Shown one piece after another: positions 58,148 through 64,000 of a stretch of 64,000 bases of DNA. Under the pieces are notes generated by a model. It searched no databases. It was not told where the DNA came from and saw only the letters and a list, made by a program, of their open reading frames with translations. Positions within the stretch are counted from its first letter, which is position 1; each line of letters opens with the position of its first letter. The position numbers and the translations under genes are program-made. The DNA comes from an uncultured Verrucomicrobiota bacterium (GTDB lineage Bacteria; Verrucomicrobiota; Kiritimatiellia; CAIQIC01; Lenti-01), in the NCBI GenBank assembly GCA_964647595.1, contig CAZYGH010000010.1, forward strand, positions 20,362-84,361. Direction: 5' to 3'.

Positions 58148-58896
58148 AAGAGACGAAACTGACAGCCAAGCCGCGCGTCGGCAAGGGTAGCGGGGAGGCC
58201 GGTCGCCTTCGCCGCACGGGATGGTTCCCCGCGGTGGTGTACGGAGAGGGACGTCCGGGAGTGGACATCCAACTGAACGAGCATGATTTCGTGATGATGC
58301 TCCGGACCCACCGCAGCGAGAACATGATCGTGGACCTCGTGGTCGAGGGCACGGACAAGCCATACAAGGTGATGCTCAAGGCGATGCAACACCATCCGAT
58401 CACGGGCCGCGTGATTCATCTGGACTTCTACGAGGTCTCCATGACCCGGAAGATCGAGATCGAACTGCCGGTGAAGCTGGTGGGTGTGCCGACGGGTGTG
58501 GCCAACGAAGGCGGCATCTTGGAGCATGTGTTGCGCGCGTTGACCGTGCAATGTTTGCCGGGCGATTTGATCGAAGAAATCGAGCTGGACGTGAGCGCGT
58601 TATCCGTTGGCAAGACGCTTCGCGTTCGGGACATGAAGGTGGATACGGCGAAGTACCGGATCATGGACGATCCCGATCAGGTGATCGCGGCTGTGGCCGC
58701 GCCGCGTACGGAGGAGGAGGAGAAGGCGGATGCCGATGCCACCGCCGCCGGGCCGGAAGTCCTGACCGAGAAGAAGACCGAGGAAGGCGAAGAAGGCGCG
58801 GAGAAGGGCAAGGATGGCAAGGCGGTTGCTGGCAAGGATGCCAAGGCCCCGGCCAAGGATGCCAAGGCGCCTGCGGAGAAGAAGGAGAAGAAGTAG
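58144..58896 (+). CDS. rplY: 50S ribosomal protein L25 / general stress protein Ctc
   Basis: L25 beta-barrel N-domain, plus a C-terminal acidic/K-A-rich extension. Confidence 0.85.
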   Translation: MKETKLTAKPRVGKGSGEAGRLRRTGWFPAVVYGEGRPGVDIQLNEHDFVMMLRTHRSENMIVDLVVEGTDKPYKVMLKAMQHHPITGRVIHLDFYEVSMTRKIEIELPVKLVGVPTGVANEGGILEHVLRALTVQCLPGDLIEEIELDVSALSVGKTLRVRDMKVDTAKYRIMDDPDQVIAAVAAPRTEEEEKADADATAAGPEVLTEKKTEEGEEGAEKGKDGKAVAGKDAKAPAKDAKAPAEKKEKK

Positions 58897-58929
58897 GCCG
58901 TTTGAGGCGGCAGGAGACGCATTCCACAC

Positions 58930-59493
58930 ATGAAACTGGTGGTGGGGCTGGGCAATCCCGGACGGGCCTACGAAAACACGCGGCATAATGCCGGGTGGCA
59001 GGTCTTGGACGAGTTTGCGAGGCGCAGAAAGGCGGAATTCCGCCGATCGTGGCGAAGGCCGATCCAATCCACCAAGAGTTCGATGGAAGGTGTGGGTCCT
59101 CTGCTGCTGGTGAAGCCGCTGACGTTCATGAACTTGAGCGGAGATGTGTTGCCCGCGCTGATGCGTCCGGCGGGCATGACCGCAAAAGACTTGATTGTCG
59201 TGGCCGATGACGTCAACCTGCCGCTGGGCAAGCTGAGGATTCGGGCACGAGGAAGCGCAGGCGGCCACAACGGGCTGAAGTCGGTGATCGAGCGCCTTGG
59301 GACGGAAGAGTTTGTCCGGGTGCGGGTCGGTGTTGGAGACAAAGAAGAAGGAAAGAGCTTGAAGGATCATGTGCTGGAGCGGATGCCTTCCGAGGAGCGA
59401 AAAGCGCTTGCGGAGGCGTCGGCCCGGGCGGCGGATGCATTGGAATGTATTCTCCTTCAGGGTGTAGACAGTGCAATGAACCGGTTTAATTGA
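58930..59493 (+). CDS. pth: peptidyl-tRNA hydrolase
   Basis: MKLVVGLGNPGRAYENTRHNAGW… conserved His20-equivalent. Confidence 0.9.
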   Translation: MKLVVGLGNPGRAYENTRHNAGWQVLDEFARRRKAEFRRSWRRPIQSTKSSMEGVGPLLLVKPLTFMNLSGDVLPALMRPAGMTAKDLIVVADDVNLPLGKLRIRARGSAGGHNGLKSVIERLGTEEFVRVRVGVGDKEEGKSLKDHVLERMPSEERKALAEASARAADALECILLQGVDSAMNRFN

Positions 59494-59837
59494 GGAGGCA
59501 TGAGGTGAATAAATACGAGGCGATGATCATCTTTCGGGATTCTCTGAAGGATGCAGATTGGGATGGAGCGGTCGACGCGGTCCGCGCGGAAGTGGACAAG
59601 CTCGGTGGCAAGACGACCAGTTGTACGCGGTTGGGCAAGCGCGAATTCGCTCGTCCCATGCAGAAGCAGCAGGGCGGTCACTATGGCTTGGTTGCGTTCC
59701 AGTTGCCCGGCGACAAGGTGGGTGCGTTGCAGGCCCGTCTGAAGCTGAATGAGCAGGTGTTCCGCGTGCAGGTTGTGACGGCCCCCGTCGTGACGCCGCT
59801 GATCAAGAAGGATGCGGGCGATGGCATCGCTGAATAA
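59490..59837 (+). CDS. rpsF: 30S ribosomal protein S6
   Basis: YEAMIIFRD…; position at the head of the rpsF-ssb-rpsR-rplI cluster. Confidence 0.85.
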   Translation: MRRHEVNKYEAMIIFRDSLKDADWDGAVDAVRAEVDKLGGKTTSCTRLGKREFARPMQKQQGGHYGLVAFQLPGDKVGALQARLKLNEQVFRVQVVTAPVVTPLIKKDAGDGIAE

Positions 59838-60270
59838 AGTTTTGCTAGTCGGGAATCTGACTCACGATCCCGAATTGCGCCGAATTCCCTCCGGCACGGC
59901 GGTTGTCACGCTGCGCTTGGCGGTGAATGAGTCGTTCAAAAGCAAGACGGGCGAGGCGGTGGAAAAGGCTATATTTCTGGACGTCGATGTCTGGGACCGC
60001 CAAGCCGAGACGTGCCAGCAGTACTTGTCGAAGGGCTCGCCCGTTCTGGTGGAAGGGCGCCTGCAGATGGATACGTGGGATGACAAGGAGACGGGTCAAA
60101 AGCGTTCGCGCCTGAAGGTGCGGGCGGAGCGTGTGCAGTTCCTGAGCGGCTCCCGCCGCGAAGGGGGTGAGATGCGCGACACGGCACCGGCTTCTGCGGG
60201 CACCCCTGCGCCGTCGACCTTTGCAGAACCTTTGGCCAAACCGTCGGATGAAGAAGACATTCCCTTTTAA
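59821..60270 (+). CDS. ssb: single-stranded DNA-binding protein
   Basis: OB-fold MASLNKVLLVGNLTHDPELR…, acidic C-terminal tail ending DIPF. Confidence 0.9.
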   Translation: MASLNKVLLVGNLTHDPELRRIPSGTAVVTLRLAVNESFKSKTGEAVEKAIFLDVDVWDRQAETCQQYLSKGSPVLVEGRLQMDTWDDKETGQKRSRLKVRAERVQFLSGSRREGGEMRDTAPASAGTPAPSTFAEPLAKPSDEEDIPF

Positions 60271-60281
60271 ATACGGAGTAG

Positions 60282-60536
60282 ATGAATATGATGACGAAAG
60301 ATAAGAAGAAACGGGCCCCCCGCCGCGAACCCAAGACAGACGAGTTGGCGCGTACGCGCACCCGTCTGCTGAAGGCTGACCAGCAGGTGGACTATCGCGA
60401 TTATGAGTTCCTGCGCAAGTTCATGACCGAGCGCGGCAAAATTGTGCCGGGACGCATTACCGGTGCCAATGCCAAGCAACAGCGTCAGGTGAAGCGCGCG
60501 ATCCGTCGCGCACGAGTGATGGGATTGCTGCCGTAG
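60282..60536 (+). CDS. rpsR: 30S ribosomal protein S18
   Basis: …[25 protein letters not shown]…. Confidence 0.9.
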   Translation: MNMMTKDKKKRAPRREPKTDELARTRTRLLKADQQVDYRDYEFLRKFMTERGKIVPGRITGANAKQQRQVKRAIRRARVMGLLP

Positions 60537-60558
60537 GCGGCGGAAGGACAGGTGTGTC

Positions 60559-61044
60559 ATGGGTAAATCCATTGAAGTGATTTTGGTGGGAGATGTTCCG
60601 GAGCTGGGCCGCTCTGGCGATGCCTGCCGTGTGCGTTCCGGCTATGCCCGGAATTTCCTGTTTCCGCAAAAGCTGGCGGTGACAATGACCGCGGGTACCA
60701 AGCGGCTGATCGAGAAGAAGCGCGCGGAAGCGTTGGTTCGGCTCTCAAAGGAAAAAGAGGAGGCGACGGCGCTCTTGCAGAAGCTGGAGAAGCTGACGCT
60801 GACCTGCTCGGTGAAGGCCAATGCGGACGGACGTCTGTTCGGTTCCGTGGGCCCGGCCGATGTGCTGGCCAAGCTGGCGGAAAAGGGCTTCCCTCTCCAG
60901 AAGAAACAGTTGGCGATGTACGAATCTTTCAAGTCTCTGGGCGACCACGAGGCGGCTTTGAACCTCCATCCCGAGGTGAAGGGCAAGCTGAAGGTGAAGG
61001 TCGTTGCCGAGAAGATGGCCGAGACCTCCGCGGACTCCGAGTAG
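60559..61044 (+). CDS. rplI: 50S ribosomal protein L9
   Basis: MGKSIEVILVGDVPELGRSGD…. Confidence 0.9.
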   Translation: MGKSIEVILVGDVPELGRSGDACRVRSGYARNFLFPQKLAVTMTAGTKRLIEKKRAEALVRLSKEKEEATALLQKLEKLTLTCSVKANADGRLFGSVGPADVLAKLAEKGFPLQKKQLAMYESFKSLGDHEAALNLHPEVKGKLKVKVVAEKMAETSADSE

Positions 61045-61057
61045 AAAGAGGCGGAAC

Positions 61058-62467
61058 ATGGCCGGAGGGGGAGAGGCGAGATCGGGCGCCAGGGTGCCCC
61101 GTCCAGGAGACCGCGTCCCGCCGCACAGCGAGGATGCCGAGCGCGCCGTTTTGGGTTGCGCGTTGCAGGATGCCGCCCGAATTCTGGACTTATGCATTGA
61201 GCGCCAGATTTCGGGCGAGTCGTTCTATGTGCAGAGCCATCAGGGCCTCTTTGAGACCATGATGGACTTGCATGTCCGCCAAAAACCGGTGGACTTTGTG
61301 ACGGTGACGGAGCGGCTCCGCGAGACGGGGTTGCTCGAGAGCGTGGGTGGGGAAGATGAGTTGGGGCGTTTGATTTCCGGCACACCCACCACGGCGCACG
61401 CGGAATACTATATCCAGCGGGTCTATGAAAATCACCTGACCCGGCGCATTATCGATGCGGCCCGCGTGGTGACAGAAGATTGCTACAAGGGGGAGATGGA
61501 GGCGGAATCCCTCCTGAATACTGCGGCAGAAACCTTCAACTCCATGGGCGAGCAACGGACGGGCGCCGAAAAGCTGTGGAGCAAGCTGGTCACCGACGAA
61601 ATGAAGGAAGTCGAGCGGTTGATCCAAGAGAAAAAAGGGATTACCGGAATCTCGACGGGATACGAAGATATCGACAAAATGCTGTTGGGTTTTCAGGCCA
61701 GCGATTTGATTGTCTTGGCGGCACGGCCCTCGATGGGGAAGACTTCGTTGGCGTTGAACATCGCGGAAAATATCGCGATTGGGGCTCGCAAGCAGGAGCC
61801 GCGGGCGGTGGGTGTATTCAGTTTGGAAATGTCGGCCGAATCGCTGGTGCGCCGCATGATTTGCTGTCATGCCCGCGTGTCGGCTCAACTCCTTTCTTCG
61901 GGGCGTGTGGGGACGGCCGAGCATAGTCAGTTGATGGCGGCGGCGGACACCTTGCGCCAAGCGCCTATTTATGTGGATGACACGGCCGGGTTGGAGGCGA
62001 TGGATTTGCGTGCGCGCGCGCGCCGCATGAAGCGGAAACACAACATTCAATTCATTGTGGTGGATTATCTGCAATTGATGAACTACTCCAAATTTGCCGG
62101 TGAAGGACGCCAGCGCGAGACGGCGGCGATTTCATCGGCGTTGAAAGGAATGGCGAAGGAGCTGAAGGTTCCCGTGCTGGTGCTGAGCCAGCTCAGCCGC
62201 GCGCCGGAAACACGCGAAAAAACGGCGGTTCCGAAGTTGTCTGACTTGCGCGACTCGGGTGCGATTGAGCAAGATGCGGATGTGGTCATGCTGTTGCGAC
62301 GTCCATGCAAATACAAGGACGACAAGGAATTTGAAGACAAACGTCTGGCCATTGTTGACATTGCCAAACATCGCAATGGCGCCACCGGCGAAGTACGTAT
62401 GAATTTTGAGGACCTCTACACGCGCTTCGAGAGTCGCCATGAAGGCGTGGACATGGCTGAAGGATGA
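61058..62467 (+). CDS. dnaB: replicative DNA helicase
   Basis: N-terminal domain (PHSEDAERAVLGCAL), Walker A ARPSMGKTS, RecA-like C-domain. Confidence 0.9.
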   Translation: MAGGGEARSGARVPRPGDRVPPHSEDAERAVLGCALQDAARILDLCIERQISGESFYVQSHQGLFETMMDLHVRQKPVDFVTVTERLRETGLLESVGGEDELGRLISGTPTTAHAEYYIQRVYENHLTRRIIDAARVVTEDCYKGEMEAESLLNTAAETFNSMGEQRTGAEKLWSKLVTDEMKEVERLIQEKKGITGISTGYEDIDKMLLGFQASDLIVLAARPSMGKTSLALNIAENIAIGARKQEPRAVGVFSLEMSAESLVRRMICCHARVSAQLLSSGRVGTAEHSQLMAAADTLRQAPIYVDDTAGLEAMDLRARARRMKRKHNIQFIVVDYLQLMNYSKFAGEGRQRETAAISSALKGMAKELKVPVLVLSQLSRAPETREKTAVPKLSDLRDSGAIEQDADVVMLLRRPCKYKDDKEFEDKRLAIVDIAKHRNGATGEVRMNFEDLYTRFESRHEGVDMAEG

Positions 62468-62481
62468 ACGGAAGGACGCAT

Positions 62482-64000
62482 ATGGGCAAGCGCTGGATTT
62501 TGTGGACGGTCGCAGGGTTTTTCTGGGCCTCGGTTTCGGGTGCCGCGCCGATCCGCGACATTCGTGTGTCTGCGGTGGGCGATGAACCCATCAATGCCGA
62601 GCAGGTGCTGGCACAACTGAGTGTTCGAGTGGGTCAAGAGCTGGAACGGTCGGCCTTGTCCGAAGATATTCGCACTTTGCAAAAGTCGGGTGCCTATTCG
62701 TATGCCGAAGCGCGCGTGGAACCGGCAACGGATAACGGCGTGGTTTTGCTGATTCGCGTAGCTGGACGGGCCAAAATTCGGACGTTGACCGTGACGGGCG
62801 CGAACGAAATCAGCAATAAAAAAGTGCGGACGCTCATGGAGATCGGGTCGGGGGATCGGGTCGACAATGCGCTGTTGGGGCAGAAGGCGCAGAAGGTTCG
62901 CGAGACGTACCGCAAGGAATATTATCCGGAAGCCAAGGTGACATGGACGTTCAAGCCGGTGGAAGGGAATCCGGAATTCACGGATGTGGAAATTCAGGTG
63001 GAAGAGGGGCGTCGCGCCGTGGTTCGCCGCATTCTATTCAAAGGGAACACGCACATTCCCCGGCGCGAGTTGCTGAAAGTGATGACGCAAAAGCAGTCGT
63101 CATGGCTCTCGTGGTTCAATAGTGCGGGTGTCTATGAGCCGGGGGCCCTGCTGGCTGACCGCGAAATGATTCGCAAGGTTTTCATGGACAAGGGCTATCT
63201 GGGGGCCGTGGTCAGCGAGCCGTCCTTTGAGTATGTGAGCCGCAAGAAAATCGACATTACGTTCAACGTGGTTGAAGGACCCACCTATTCCCTCTCGGCG
63301 TGGCGGGTGGGCGGTCTGACGTTGTTTCCGAGCAACGAGGTGTCGCACGGTGTTGTGGTGCTGCAGGGAGGAAAAGCCTCGTTGGCGGACATCCAGCGCG
63401 GCGCGCAAAACATTCGGGATTTTTACGGTTCGCGCGGCTACATCAAAACCGCTGTGGATCCTCGCATTACGCTCGACACGAACGCGGCCACGGCCACGGT
63501 GTCCTACGAGGTGAAGGAAGGCATGCTGGCCTATATCCAGAACGTGGAAATTCGGGGCAATGCGCAGACGAAGGACAAGGTGATTCGTCGCGAAATCAAT
63601 GTGATTCCGGGCGACATCTATAACGAGGTGAAGGTTCGTTCCAGCGAGAATCGGGTGCGCAATCTGAACTATTTTTCCTTTGTCAGCAGCTATCCCGAAA
63701 GCACGGTTGTTTCGAATCGCTACAACTTGATTTTCGATGTGGAGGAACAGCGCACGGGGCAATTCATGATTGGAGCGGGGCTTTCGAGCGTCGACAACGT
63801 CATTGGCTTCGTCGAATTAACGCAGGGCAATTTCGATCTGTTCGGGTGGCCTCATTTCACGGGTGGCGGACAGAAGTTGAAGTTGCGCTTGCAAGCGGGT
63901 AGCGAACGATCCGACATTGAATTCTCGTTGATCGAGCCTTGGTTCTTGAATCGGCGCCTCTCTCTCGGCTTGGATCTGTTCCGGCATGATGCCCGTTTTC
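62482..64000 (+). CDS. bamA: outer membrane protein assembly factor BamA (5' part; runs off the window end)
   Basis: Signal peptide, then POTRA repeats (…VRVEPATDNGVVLLIRVAGRAKIRTLTVTGANEIS…). Open frame to position 64000; not in the ORF track because no stop lies within the window. Confidence 0.8.
   Translation, partial: MGKRWILWTVAGFFWASVSGAAPIRDIRVSAVGDEPINAEQVLAQLSVRVGQELERSALSEDIRTLQKSGAYSYAEARVEPATDNGVVLLIRVAGRAKIRTLTVTGANEISNKKVRTLMEIGSGDRVDNALLGQKAQKVRETYRKEYYPEAKVTWTFKPVEGNPEFTDVEIQVEEGRRAVVRRILFKGNTHIPRRELLKVMTQKQSSWLSWFNSAGVYEPGALLADREMIRKVFMDKGYLGAVVSEPSFEYVSRKKIDITFNVVEGPTYSLSAWRVGGLTLFPSNEVSHGVVVLQGGKASLADIQRGAQNIRDFYGSRGYIKTAVDPRITLDTNAATATVSYEVKEGMLAYIQNVEIRGNAQTKDKVIRREINVIPGDIYNEVKVRSSENRVRNLNYFSFVSSYPESTVVSNRYNLIFDVEEQRTGQFMIGAGLSSVDNVIGFVELTQGNFDLFGWPHFTGGGQKLKLRLQAGSERSDIEFSLIEPWFLNRRLSLGLDLFRHDARF

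Overview
This is a high-GC (about 65%) bacterial chromosomal segment, probably Verrucomicrobia/PVC-like given the many secreted BNR, beta-helix and FN3-tailed proteins. The left 14 kb holds a complete selenocysteine toolkit: the 3' end of tRNA-Sec, then selA, selD and selB. Directly after it comes a NapH-like membrane polyferredoxin, a 2-hydroxyacyl-CoA-dehydratase-like double-cubane protein with its ATPase activase, and three paralogous secreted proteins that all end in the motif FEYG followed by TGA. In all three paralogs the reading frame stays open after the TGA and encodes a conserved peptide (U-G-x-[ST]-C-S-x-[ST]-W-R/S-x-P), and a hairpin sits exactly 14 nt downstream of the TGA. The hairpin stems differ between paralogs by compensatory base changes while the loop AUGG(A/C) is conserved. 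I read this as a previously undescribed selenoprotein family with bacterial SECIS elements, encoded next to its own Sec machinery and a candidate electron-transfer module. The rest of the window holds a porin (apparently frameshifted), a CocE/NonD hydrolase, a BNR/beta-helix protein, a PpiC parvulin, a small AT-rich HNH-endonuclease island with terminal inverted repeats, a chimeric carA fragment, a NarL-type two-component system, and a tryptophan operon (trpE-G-D-C-F ... aroG ... trpB-A) interrupted by a 1866-aa gingipain-like repeat protein, a ParE/antitoxin pair and several copies of a composite intergenic repeat. It also holds an AT-rich island carrying an FGE-sulfatase-domain gene flanked by 20-bp direct repeats, and housekeeping clusters thrS-infC-rpmI-rplT, lpd, nrdR, tRNA-Gln, prs-rplY-pth and rpsF-ssb-rpsR-rplI-dnaB-bamA. 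Many long antisense 'shadow' ORFs in the six-frame track are GC artefacts and are not called.
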